Shown: one piece after another, positions 29,801 to 40,426 of the stretch
How the letters are laid out: the number at the start of each line of letters is the position of its first letter
Numbering within the stretch: the first letter of the stretch is position 1
Assembly (NCBI RefSeq): GCF_018977255.1
Contig: NW_024704743.1
Span: 3,350,001 to 3,414,000, forward strand
Length of the DNA: 64,000 nt
Source: Callorhinchus milii
Taxonomy: Eukaryota
Reading direction: 5' to 3'
Program-made: the position numbers and the translations under genes
The notes under the pieces: model-generated
Database searches by the model: none
Told to the model about the DNA's origin: nothing
What the model saw: the letters and a program-made list of their open reading frames with translations, nothing else

Positions 29801-32423
29801 TCAAGGTCCTCTTACCCATCTTGAAATCTTACACATCATGGCACCTCCCTATCTTTCTGAGCTGCTTGCTATCTAGTCCACAACCCGGCCACCTGCGTGC
29901 CCTTGTCCCCTCCACTCCACTATCGCTTGGCCGCGCTTTCAGGCACTGCTCTGTAAAGCATTGGAAATCTCTCCCTTATTTCCTCTGCTTTGCTCCCTCC
30001 TTCCTGTCTTTTAGATCTTCCAGGGCACTGCTGATGACAGCACAGACAGCCTGGCTCATTGGCAGGACCTGGAAGGGCAGGCCAGTCACTCGGGGCAGGG
30101 AGTCATCTCATTCATGGCTGATTAACCGTGCCAGCCAAAGCCCTAACGGAGAGGGTGGTCCTAGTTGGATAAGCAGCGGAAACGCTTGCCAGACAGCAAT
30201 ATCTATTGCAAGCTACATGGCTTTAGCTGGTTAGACTCTAGCAGTTACCCCCAATGCAGACTCTAGGATCCCCAAGCCTTGGCTCTTGCCAAACTGAACC
30301 TAATAGTTTCCGGAATTAGTTAAGCAGGATTCGTTCCTCCAGGGAGAGAGATTACGCATTCCATTCCAACAACTTATCTGTGGGATTTCCATGTGTAGTG
30401 GGGATGCATGGGAATCTCAACTTGGTTTGGATACACCTAAACACGGTGATGGGTATCCGTATGTGTCATACACTCGGCTGATACCTCCCCAAAAAGATCT
30501 TTCAGTTCACAACTGAAGACTGGAGTCCTGTAGCTCAGTGGTTAGAGCACTCGCTTTGCAAGTGAGAGACCTGAGTTCAATCCCAGGCAGAGGGCGAAAC
30601 CTTGGGCAAGTTTCCTTACTCCACACAGAGCCCTAATAATAATCCCTCCAAAACCAAAAACAATAATAAATTGGTCATTTTCAACCTACGACTGTTTGTG
30701 GGACATTGCTGTGCGCAATTGGCTGCCGCGTTCGCCCACAAATATACAGTCAATTCACTTTACAGTGTGTTCTGTGAAGCGCTTTGGGACGTCCTCCCGA
30801 CGTGAAAAGCGCTATATCAAATGCAAGGATTATTATTATATTATTATTATTATTATTATAAGACCATCCACTTCGACTGTTTTTTTGTTCTCCTCCCCCC
30901 TCTCCCATGGCTCGGCCATTGCCAAGCGCTCTGAGACGCTGCCCCATGTGAAGGGCACTGGGCAAGTGCAGATTGTTGTTGTGGTTGAGTTGGGTAAGTG
31001 CAGTTTGATGCTGTGCCAACTGTTGATACTCTTATCCTTTCCCAGAACCCTGGACACCCACCAAGGACCCGTGGACCACCACAAGGCGCCAAGGTAATGG
31101 AGACAGCCTGCTCTTGTCAGTCTGGGCCTTTCTTCTATTTCTCAATGGAATTGTTTCATAAGGAATCGACTTCCCTTGACATTCCCACAGTATTCCTTAC
31201 AAACATACCCGTTCGAGGGGCAAAATGATATTCTCCTGATTCTCTGTTTTATCTGTGAAGCGCTTTGAGACATCTCAATGATGTTATAAGGAGTTACATT
31301 GAATGCAAGGTTATTACTATGATTAACAAGAGTTCCATCAGGACTGACCACACAGTGAGGGAGCTCGCCAACCAACACAACACCTTCGTCTGGCTCTCGG
31401 TTCAACGTTTCTCTGGGAGAAAGGTTAACATCAGTGTGACAATTTGGTCTTGTGTTGTGCAGCTCAAGCCATCGATTTCAAGGTCCTCTTACCCGTCTTG
31501 AAATCTTACACATCATGGCACCTCCCTATCTTTCTGAGCTGCTTGCTATCTAGTCCACAACCCGGCCACCTGCGTGCCCTTGTCCCCTCCACTCCACTAT
31601 CGCTTGGCCCCACTTTCAGGCACTGCTCTGTAAAGCATTGGAAATCTCTCCCTTATTTCCTCTGCTTTGCTCCCTCCTTCCTGTCTTTTAGATCTTCCAG
31701 GGCAATGCTGATGACAGCACAGACAGCCTGGCTCATTGGCAGGACCTGGAAGGGCAGGCCAGTCACTCGGGGCAGGGAGTCATCTCATTCATGGCTGATT
31801 AACCGTGCCAGCCAAAGCCCTAACGGAGAGGGTGGTCCTAGCTGGATAAGCAGCGGAAACGCTTGCCAGACAGCAATATCTATTGCAAGCTACATGGCTT
31901 TAGCTGGTTAGACTCTAGCAGTTACCCCCAATGCAGACTCTAGGATCCCCAAGCCTTGGCTCTTGCCAAACTGAACCTAATAGTTTCTGGAATTAGTTAA
32001 GCAGGATGCGTGCCTCCAGTGAGAGAGATTGTGCTTTCCATTGCATCAATTTATCTCTGACACTTCCATGTGTCGGTGGGATACGTGGAAATCTCAGCTT
32101 GGTTTGGATACTCATCAATACGATGACGGGTTTCCGCATGTGTCAGACACCAGGCCTTCTCCTCTGAAAAAAAATCTTCCAGATCATAACTGAAGACCAT
32201 CCACTTGAACTGTCCTTATGGTCACCTCCCCCCTCTGCCCCGGCTCGGCAATTGCCAAGCGCTCCGAAACGCTGCCCCATGTGAAGGGCACTGGGTAAGT
32301 GCAGTTTGTTGTTACTGTGTTGGGTAAGTGCAGGTAGATGCTGTGGCTACTGTTGATGCTCTTCTCCTTACCCAGAACCCTGGACACCCACCAAGGACCC
32401 GTGGACCACCACAAGGTGCCAAG
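221..32423 (+). CDS. Gene A: 25 tandem 48-nt phase-1 micro-exons encoding ETW(R/K)PTKDPWTTT(R/K)RQ repeats (Thr/Pro/Trp-rich, basic, mucin-like)
   Basis: Each exon has a pyrimidine tract plus (c/t)AG acceptor and an AAG|GTAAT donor. Exon starts: 221, 1548, 2883, 4209, 5540, 7194, 8530, 9899, 11237, 12544, 13878, 15197, 16527 (46 nt), 17890, 19223, 20580, 21891, 22975, 24293, 25375, 26692, 28021, 29378, 31046, 32376. Many differences between copies are synonymous in this frame (ACA/ACC, CCA/CCG, GAC/GAT, ACC/ACT). Both Trp codons and KDPW are invariant. Confidence 0.8.
5593..5914 (-). mobile_element. Full-length tRNA-derived SINE
   Basis: On the - strand: head tggagtcctgtagctcagtgg...gagttcaattcc (A/B boxes) and tail atcaaatgcaagga(tta)n. 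Confidence 0.9.
30521..30859 (+). mobile_element. Full-length tRNA-derived SINE with 5-bp target-site duplication (AAGAC)
   Basis: A box tagctcagtgg, B box gagttcaatcc, (tta)n tail; AAGAC at 30516-30520 and 30860-30864; empty site visible in sister units. Confidence 0.93.
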
Positions 32424-33232
32424 GTAATGGAGACAGCCTGCTCTTGTCAGTCTGGGCCTTTCCTCTATAATGGAATTGTTTCATACAGAATCGACTTCCT
32501 GTGAAATTGCCACAGCAAACCCATTCGAGGGGCTCATTGATAATCTCTTGATTCACTGTTTTATTCTCTGAATCCCTTTGAGACATCTCAATGACCTGAT
32601 AAGGAGCTACATTGAAAGCACGGATTATTACTATTATTAACAATAGCTCCTCAGGACTAACCACACAGCGAAGGAGCTCGCCAACCAAAACAAAACCTTG
32701 GTTTGGCTCTCGGTTCAAAGTTTCTCTGGGAGGAAGGTTAACATCAGTGAGACAATTTGGCCTTGTGTTGTGTACCTCAAGCCATCGATTTCAAGGTCCT
32801 CTTATTCGTCTTGAAACCTTACACGTCATGGCATCTCCCTATCTTTCTAACCTGCTTTGTACCCACTCCACCACCTGCTGCCTCTGCACAGCTGGCTCCG
32901 GCGTCCTGCTTCTCCCTTGTCCCCTCCTCTCCACCATCGCTGGCCGTGCTTTCAGCCACTACTCTGCAAAGCTTTGGAAATCTCTCCCTCAATCCCTCTG
33001 CGTCGCTCCCCCCTTCCTGTCTTTTTGATCACGACTGAAGACCTCCTCTCCTTCTGTGCTTAGGGTCACCTCTCCTTCCCTTCGGCTTAGTGTCAGGCTC
33101 TGCCACTATGAAGCGCTCCGAGATGCTGACCTGCATGATGGGAACTGTATAATTGCAGGTGGTTGTTGTTGTTGAGTTGTGTAAGTGTAGGTTGATGCTG
33201 TGCCCGCTCTTGATGCTCTTGTCCTTTCCCAG

Positions 33233-33334
33233 AAACCTGGACACCCACCAAAGACCCGTGGACCACCAAAGACCCGTGGACCACCAAAGACCCATGGACC
33301 ACCAAAGACCCGTGGACCACCACAACGCGCCCAG
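33233..33334 (+). CDS. Gene A exon: expanded repeat exon ETWTPTKDPWTTKDPWTTKDPWTTKDPWTTTTRP
   Basis: cctttcccag acceptor and CAG|GTAAAG donor; 102 nt = 48 + 3x18, so phase 1 is preserved. Confidence 0.8.
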
Positions 33335-33825
33335 GTAAAGGAAACAGGCTGCTCCTGTCAGCCTGGGCCTTTCTGCTACATCTCAATGGAATTGCTACAT
33401 AAGGAATCAACTTCCAGTGAATTTCCCGCAGCATTCCTTTACCAGCAATCCCATTGCCGCATCCCTGTGCAAGTCGATTGTGTCAGTGCTCTTCCTGCCC
33501 AGGGTTATGTTAGGGGAAGTCCATTCCTCCCTATCGCACTGACGTGCCCACTATTGTAGGGATATGTTCTTTATAACAGGGAACCACTATGCTATGGGAC
33601 ACGTGGAGTCCTGTAGCTTTGTAGTTACAACACCCGCCTCGCAAGCGAGAGGACCCGGGTTTGATTGGCGGGCCAGGCATCACTGTGTCACTGTGTGGCT
33701 ATTTTACTGTGTGACATTGTGGCTGTATCACTGTGTGGCTGTGTCACTGTGTCGCTATGTCACTACATCACTGTATCACTGCATCACTGTGTGGCTGTGT
33801 GACTGACGCTGTTTCTCTCGTGCAG

Positions 33826-33882
33826 GCTGCCCCACCGAGACACCGAGCACGCCTCCACCTCCTGTGTACCCACCCATTCCAG
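33826..33882 (+). CDS. Gene A exon: Pro-rich linker GCPTETPSTPPPPVYPPIP
   Basis: ctgac branch point plus gtttctctcgtgcag acceptor; consensus CAG|GTGAGT donor; 57 nt, phase 1-1. Confidence 0.8.
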
Positions 33883-34672
33883 GTGAGTGAAGCACAGGGA
33901 GTTAAGTTGGACACGCATCAAGTGGGGCTATGGTGGCCAACCTTTATGGTCAACCAAATAACCAAATAACTGCATTTTCTGGATTGAATTTTGACCCACG
34001 GTCTCAGTCGTCAACGGTGTATCCTGTGAAGCACTTTGAGTCGTTTCAACAACGAGCGAATGCATTGTATCAAACGGAAGAATTATCATTATTATTATTA
34101 TTATTATCATTATTATATCTCTTGATTATTTGCCATAAATAGGGCTGAATTGGCTCCAGGTTCAGGGTGGGTGAAAACTCAGCCAGGTCTCCTGCTCCTG
34201 GTCCCTCTACTGGCTGTGAGAGATGGAGAGACGTCAGCAGCACAACCACTGGAGTCTGTAGAGCGGGCTCATGCAGGGTAGCGTCGCAGAGCGGTGTGGG
34301 AAGGACCACGGAATTAAAACTATCTTACAGTGAGAAGCAGAGAGGAGAGAAATAGAGGGGGAGAACTGCCGGGCAGCACTCTCAATGGGAAGCTGTGAGG
34401 TTTTAGCTGGTTAGACTCCAGCAGTTACCCCAACGTACGCTCTGGCGTCCCCCAAGCCTTGGCTGTTGCCAACCTGCGCCTAATACTTTCCGGGATTAGG
34501 TAAGCAGGATACGTCCCTCCAGGGAGAGAGTGCGCATTCCTTTCCAACAATCCACCTCTGGGATTTCCTTGCGCTGCTGGTTTGTGTTGCTGGCATGTTT
34601 TGCTTGCGTGTTACTGGCATGTGTTGATGGTGTGTTGGAGGCGTGTGTTGCTGAAGCTTTGATCTTTTGCAG

Positions 34673-34876
34673 GCTGTGGGTGTGGAGGTTGCTGTGGCTG
34701 TCGATGTGACTGTGAGAGATGTGAAGGATATCACAAGGTGCCCTACGACTGCCCCTCCTGCTTCCAGTCTGGGGTCACCCAGCATCATCCCTGCCTTGGT
34801 CAAATAGTCTTCAAACCTGCATCTGGTACCTGGGTCTGGGAATGCCAGGCTCCTCCTGCTCAGCCCCCAGTCTGGG
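34673..34876 (+). CDS. Gene A exon: Cys-rich segment plus degenerate CBM14-like domain (GCGCGGCCGCRCDCERCEGYHKVPYDCPSCFQSGVTQHHPCLGQIVFKPASGTWVWECQAPPAQPPVW)
   Basis: gatcttttgcag acceptor and G|GTAAGT donor; 204 nt, open in phase 1 (the phase-0 reading stops at 34804). G-Y-x-x-V-P-x-D...C-x-x-x-I-V-F-K-P...W spacing resembles CBM14. Confidence 0.72.
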
Positions 34877-35405
34877 GTAAGTCAAATTCTCTCCCTCAAT
34901 CCCTCCGCCTTGCCCCCTCCCTCCCCACTTTCAAAATCCACCTAAAGACCTTCCGTTTTCTCCGTGCTTACGGTCACCTCTCCTCTTCCCCTGGCTTGGG
35001 GTAAGACTCCACCACTGTCAAGGACTCCGGGATGCTACACCGCATGAAGGGTGCTATATAAATGCAATTGTTGTTGTTGTTGTGAGTAAACGGGGCAATA
35101 AGTGGATGGTTTCACTTGTACAGGCTGTCCACAAAGTCCTGTTACTCACATGTTTATTTTCCTACAGTGCCCTGACCATGAACTGTAACATGCGGAAGAA
35201 TGTTGATAACTGTATTCAGATGTACTATTGTATTGTATTCCGTGTGTAGCTGTATTTAGAGGTCCAGAGGATAGGTGTGAGTGTGTTACTGTGTGACTGC
35301 GTGGCTGTGTGATTGTATAACTGTATGGCTGTGTGACGGTATGGCTGTGTCGCTGTATCACTGTGATGCCTTTGCTCAGCTCCTGACACTGTGATTCTCG
35401 TACAG

Positions 35406-35410
35406 GCTAG
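35406..35410 (+). CDS. Gene A probable terminal exon (G-stop), with 3' UTR to about 35890
   Basis: ctgac...ttctcgtacag|GC TAG; AATAAA at 35866-35871. An alternative acceptor near 35168 cannot be excluded. Confidence 0.55.
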
Positions 35411-35865
35411 ACCACAAGGACATCAATCATCGGTTCCACAGCTGAACCCCCAGAGGACAAGGGGATTCTCAGGGCGGTGCGGGAGTGTTAAACCCTCAGC
35501 TCCCCCCCCACACCACACCTCGCTCAGCCTCAGCACCACACAGTGACCATACCAGGGGGTGGGGGGGATAGGGGTGTGGAAGGGGTTGCGAAGTGTTAAA
35601 CCCTCCCTGGTCAACAGCAGTTGCTGGAACCATATCGCGAACAGGACATTCCTTTCTCTGGGAAAACATTCCCTTTCTCTTCCCCCTTGTACTCGGGCTC
35701 CACCAAATCCTATTTCCAAATATTTCTTCATGGGTGAAACAGTGACATAGAGCTCTGCTGTGCCACAGATCAAGATTAGTCCAAGGATTAATAATAATCA
35801 CTGATCATAATGTGTTATTGACGGGACGAGTAGTGGGGTTGATTTTCTTGACATTTTGAAGTTTC

Positions 35866-35871
35866 AATAAA
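35866..35871 (+). terminator. Polyadenylation signal (AATAAA) for gene A
   Basis: First AATAAA I see downstream of the putative stop, followed by GT/T-rich sequence. Confidence 0.5.
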
Positions 35872-37969
35872 AGTTCTGGTGATTGTAAGATGCTTCAGTC
35901 TCGCACAGTGTATTTTTGACCATCCTCCTCGGGCAGCGGTAGGGGTGCGGGTGTGGGGGAAGATAAACTGGCTCTCCTCGGGGCTGAACTGCCTCCAAGG
36001 TGACATGTATGGCAATGGAATTTCGGAATTGAGCCAGCCCCCGGGGCTGGTCCCTACTCTGGTTCCAGGTCCGCAGTATTCCAGGGCACTGCTGATGACA
36101 GTACAGCCCAGCCCAGCTCATCTGTTCAGACTTGGAAGGGTAGACACATCACTAGGGGCTGGGAGTCATCCCACTGAGCTCCTGTTAACCCTGCACACCA
36201 AAACCCTAATGGGTGGGGTGGTTCTAGCTGGGCAAACAGCGGGAAAGCTTGCCGGACAGAGATATCAATGGCAAGCTATGAGATTTTAGCTGGTTAGACT
36301 CCAGCAGTTAATCCAACGCACATTCTAGGCTCCCTTGGCTCTTGCTAACCTGCGCCGAATGCACTGTGGATTTAAGCTGAGCAGGGTGAGTCTCAAGGAG
36401 AGAGTGGACATTCCATTCCAGACACGGGAATTCCACATGTGTACGAATTTTCGACAATTCTGTGCTATTTTACGTTTTAAGGTGAAGCCATCTCAACGCT
36501 CCTTCTGCCTCAACTCCCCACCAACACCCCCCCCAACCTACAACATCCTCCCCCCAACCCCACGAGGACTCAACACTCAACCCTGAACTGCATGTCTGGG
36601 TGACCTTCTGTGTCCCAGCCTCAAACCAATCTTCCCGCTACCGCCATTCCAACCGTCTTACCCTAGTTTCACACAATCCTTCCCCAGGAGATGTGTGAGG
36701 ACTATCCCAGACACAGCCACTGTGATGCCAAAGTAGTATTTATTGGAAGGAAGCATTTGAGATGAGGTTTACAAGCACAAAGACCAATGTCCAAATCTGC
36801 AATGAAATCCACTCTCGCCTTCCACAGTACAAAGCGCAGCAAGTGATTCGGTCAATCTCCTGGGGGCAGAGATTATTGCCACACCGTGTGTTTTCTTGGG
36901 TCAGCCGGGTGTCTGACACATGCGGAAGCCCATCACCGTGTTTAGGAGTATCCAAAACAAGCTGAGATTTCCATGCATTCCACCTACATATGGAAATCCC
37001 AGAGAAAAATTGTGAGAATGAAATGCTACCTGGAAATTCTACACACTCTACCTGGAAGAACGCATCCTGCTTAACTAAGTCCTGAAATTATTGCTGTTTT
37101 TTCGTAATTTTTTGTGTGTTTGTAGATGAAACCAGCTCCCAAATATAGGCTGGATTTACCAACAACCCAAAATGTAGTCCAATGTTGTACTTTAAGGCAA
37201 CGGTCCAGAAGCTGAGAGGGGAGAGATTTGGGGAACTTGGACGTGCTGTTGATGAAGATGGAACCGATTGCTGGTGGGGGCAACAAGAGTGCTTGGGGTG
37301 GGGGGGTTTGGTCGAATAACGTACCCTATTTTTGGGTGTATGTCTGTATGTGTGGGGAGGAGGAGTGTCTGTGTGTGTTTGTGTGTGTGAAGGTGTGTGA
37401 TTGTGTGTGAATGTGTGTCTAATTATTTTTTCACTATCATTTCTCCCAATCGGCCTGTGGCCTCCTGTCCTGGCACACAGGTACCTGTGCCACGAGTGCC
37501 CACTGTCCACATGTGAGGCTGCACACACACACACACACTCAGACAATTACACAGAGACAATCACACATACACACACTGCCAGCGGAGGGCACTATGGAAA
37601 GAAGGACCAGGAGCATGAAGCCTGGCTAGTTTTGCCCTCCCTGATCCTAACCCTGACCCTAACTCTGGGAAGACCGGGGACACTTTAACTCCCCCCACAA
37701 TACAGTCTGGGCTGAGTGAGAGCAGTAAACCTAACTCAGATCCCAACCAGGGAGCTCCTATTTCTGTTTTTAAAACATATTCTCACCAAGTTCACCCGTG
37801 AAGCCAGGGTCACAGTGCGAAAGAGCAGCTTGGGTCAGGGCAGAGGCAGGTAGGCGGACAAGATTAGCTCCTCTGTCCACAGTCACGCTCCAGCACCAGC
37901 CAAACACAGCTTCAACCCATGCAGCTCAGGGGAATACTCACCTGTAAACCCCCGCGCTGTTTTTTTTTC

Positions 37970-38448
37970 CTTCCAATGAATTTTTATTTCCGGTTGCAAA
38001 TGAGTGGAATGTAACAATGTCTGATAGCAGTAACTTCCCCGTCCGTTACTGCGTCCATGTTACAGAAGATATAGCACCGAACATGGCGAGAGATCATTAT
38101 CTGCCATGAAAATGATGGTGCTCTCTCACACACACACACACACCACACACACACTTGCACACACACCGTTACTCTGGACATGTAAATACAGGACTTTGTG
38201 CGAATGGGAAATGGTTGCAGCTTTTCTCAGTGATTAAGCGCAGCACTGGTTCGATCTGATCGGCCGTCCCCGTTGAAGCAGGTTATGAGTAGAGGCTTGG
38301 AGGTGAGAGAGGGCTACTTGTTGTCCTGTGGCTCCCGGTGATCAGGCTCCCAGTTCAGCCCATCAATTCAGTGGATTCAGCTTGTGGATGTCGTGTGGAG
38401 TGACTGAACACATGTTCAGGGCTTGCGCTAATGGAAGGAGGGTGGATT
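37970..38448 (-). other. Candidate non-coding terminal (3' UTR) exon of gene B
   Basis: ggttctcttgtag acceptor ending at 38449; AATAAA on the - strand at 37988-37983; non-repetitive sequence. Confidence 0.45.
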
Positions 38449-38544
38449 CTACAAGAGAACCATAGCATAAGCAACCGCAGAAAATTATTCTATAATAATA
38501 ATAATAATAACAATCATCCTTGCATTTGATATAGCCACTTGTGA

Positions 38545-39290
38545 AGTCCTGCAACTTAGTTGTTAGAGCACTCGCCTCGCAAGCGAATAGGATCTGGGTT
38601 CGATACTCGGGCAGGGTGAAACATTGGGCAAGTTTCCTTACTCCACATGTCTCTGTTTACCCAGCAGCAAGTAGGAACTGACCATGAGGATAGGCTGAAT
38701 AAACTCGGGCTATATTCTCTAGAGTACAGAAGAATTAGGGGGGATCTTATTGAAACATATAAGATTCTTAAAGGGCTGGATAAAGTAGACACTGAGGGTC
38801 TGTTTCCCCTGGTAGGAGAATCTATAACCAGGGGTCACAGTCTTAAAATTAAGGGTCAGCCTTTTAGAACAGAGTTGAGGAAACATTTCTACACTCAGAG
38901 TGTAGTGAATTTATGGAATTCACTACCTCAGAAGGCTGTAGATGCTCAGTCCTTGAACACCTTCAAGGCTGAGACTAATAGATTTTTAAAAAAGAGGGAT
39001 TAGGGGATATGGGGATAGGGCAGGTAATTAAAGTTAGGTCTGAAGATCAGCCATGGTCTTATCAAATGGCGGGGCAGGCTCGAGGGGCCGAATGGCCTAC
39101 TCCTGCTCCTAATTCTTATGTTCTTATGAACCCGGTTGTTAGTTGATTGGCTGCTTGCTTTTTCGGGGTAATATTCCCTTCAAAAAAATAAAAGCCCCAA
39201 AATAATAATAATGTTGTCACTCAATTCATGACTGTTTGTGGGACACTACTTTGCGCAATTGGCTGCCGCGTTTCACCCACAAACATGGGG
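38545..39290 (+). mobile_element. SINE interrupted by a CR1-type LINE 3' fragment (~38680-39128)
   Basis: SINE head at ~38545-38680; ORF2 C-terminus LGLYSLEYRRIRGDLIETYKILKG...TRGHSLK...VVNLWNSLP; ttcttatg tail; SINE body then resumes. Confidence 0.85.
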
Positions 39291-39294
39291 AGTA

Positions 39295-39580
39295 ACAGCA
39301 ACAACTTGCATTTATATAGCGCCACTCATGTAGGGTAGCATCCCAGAGCGCTTGACAATGGCAGAGCATGATGCTGAATCGGGGGGATGTGATCGTAGGC
39401 ACATTCGAAGAGGAAGGTCTTCAGGCGTGACCTGAAGATGGGGAAGGAGGGGACGAGGCAAAGGGATAGAGGAAGAGTGTTCCAGAGTTTCAGGGCATAG
39501 TGGCTGAAAACGCAGCCACTGATGGTGGAAGAGAGGGCTCGAGGGATAAGCAGGAGGCCGGAGCCAATTAAGCGGAGGTG
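39295..39580 (-). mobile_element. L2-like LINE 3' fragment
   Basis: FSHYALKLWNTLP...FRSRLKTFLF motif; gcgctatataaatgcaag(ttg)n tail. Confidence 0.75.
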
Positions 39581-39819
39581 GTGGGGCGAAACCTTAGGCA
39601 AGTAAGGTAAACTTGCCTAAGGTTTCACCCCACCCAGGAATCTAATCCAAGTCCTCTTGCTTGCGAGGTGAGCACACTAACCACTATGCTACAGGACTCC
39701 ACTTTGCTACAGGTTTGCAAATTAAGGGCGGATTGCACAATTCTGTGGGATCACAAAGTGCATTGTGAGGCACAGGGTCTTACACATTTGTCCAGTGAAG
39801 CTGGTGAAGATGGCGAAGC

Positions 39820-40218
39820 TTGACTTCAAGATCCTCACTCTAGTGTTTAAATCCCTCCATTCCTTGGCACCCCCCCCATCTCTCTAACCTCCTCTCTCCC
39901 CACAGTAGTGCCCACTGCCTCCACTCTACTGGATGTGGACTCCTCCGCGTTCCCCCGAATCCTCTGCTCCATCATCGGCGGCCATGCCTTCAGCCAATAC
40001 GCCCCGAAACTTTGGAACTCCCTCCCTCAACGCCTTCGCCTGGCCCCTCCCCCACTCCTTCCCCATCTTCAGGTCGCACCTGAAGACCTTGCTTTTCAAC
40101 CGTGCCTACAGTCATCTTCTCCCTCCCTGTCTGGCTCGGCCTCGAGCTCCACCATTGTTAAGTGCTCTGAGACACCATCCGGCATGGAGGGCGCTATATA
40201 AGTGCAAGTTGTTGTTGT
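39820..40218 (+). mobile_element. L2-like LINE 3' fragment
   Basis: GGHAFSQYAPKLWNSLP...FRSHLKTLLF motif; (ttg)n tail. Confidence 0.78.
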
Positions 40219-40256
40219 TATATAGAAGTGAATGTTACCTTGAAAAGTTGCTGCTG

Positions 40257-40426
40257 TTAGTCGCAAGGTGTGTCACACCTGTTTTTCCATGGGTTGAACT
40301 CCATGTCAGGAGGACAGGTCAAATGGATGGTTTTGCTATTCATACACTGGTAGAAACTCGACTTATTGGCTGGGTCTTTGTAGAATCCGTCAGGCTTCCA
40401 ACAGCAGAAATTTGGCTCAACATATG
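40257..40426 (-). CDS. Gene B last coding exon: CBM14 #8 plus stop (AYVEPNFCCWKPDGFYKDPANKSSFYQCMNSKTIHLTCPPDMEFNPWKNRCDTPCD*)
   Basis: Hand-translated; not in the ORF track. ttgccttgcag acceptor, phase 1, TAA at 40259-40257; AAG|GTAACA donor 18 nt after the stop. Confidence 0.88.

Larger units (their letters stand above)
1..33430 (+). repeat. Tandem array of 26 exon-plus-intron units, mostly ~1.31-1.37 kb (short variants 1.08 and 0.86 kb; SINE-containing variants ~1.65 kb)
   Basis: The same blocks recur with ~1.33-kb period: micro-exon, SINE/LINE-tail fragment, L2 ORF2 C-terminal fragment, ~475-bp insert. The array begins before the window start. Confidence 0.97.

Noticed and set aside
30521..30595. 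tRNA-like sequence
   Set aside because: It is the head of a SINE, continuous with the SINE body and tail.
22..33038. Hundreds of recurring 60-160 aa ORFs in the array
   Set aside because: Stops and frameshifts vary between copies. They are chance frames or decayed L2 ORF2 fragments (IDFKVL...APPYLSNLL...KLW) amplified with the unit.
221..33334. Reading the micro-exon as KHGDPPRTHGPPPGAK or NMETHQGPMDHHQAP
   Set aside because: The second frame has TAG in four copies. The first makes most variants non-synonymous and hits a stop in the 34673 exon. Phase 1 fits best.
1..33430. CRISPR, rDNA or snRNA gene array interpretation
   Set aside because: There are no unique spacers and no recognisable structural RNA; the context is eukaryotic and the units contain splice signals.
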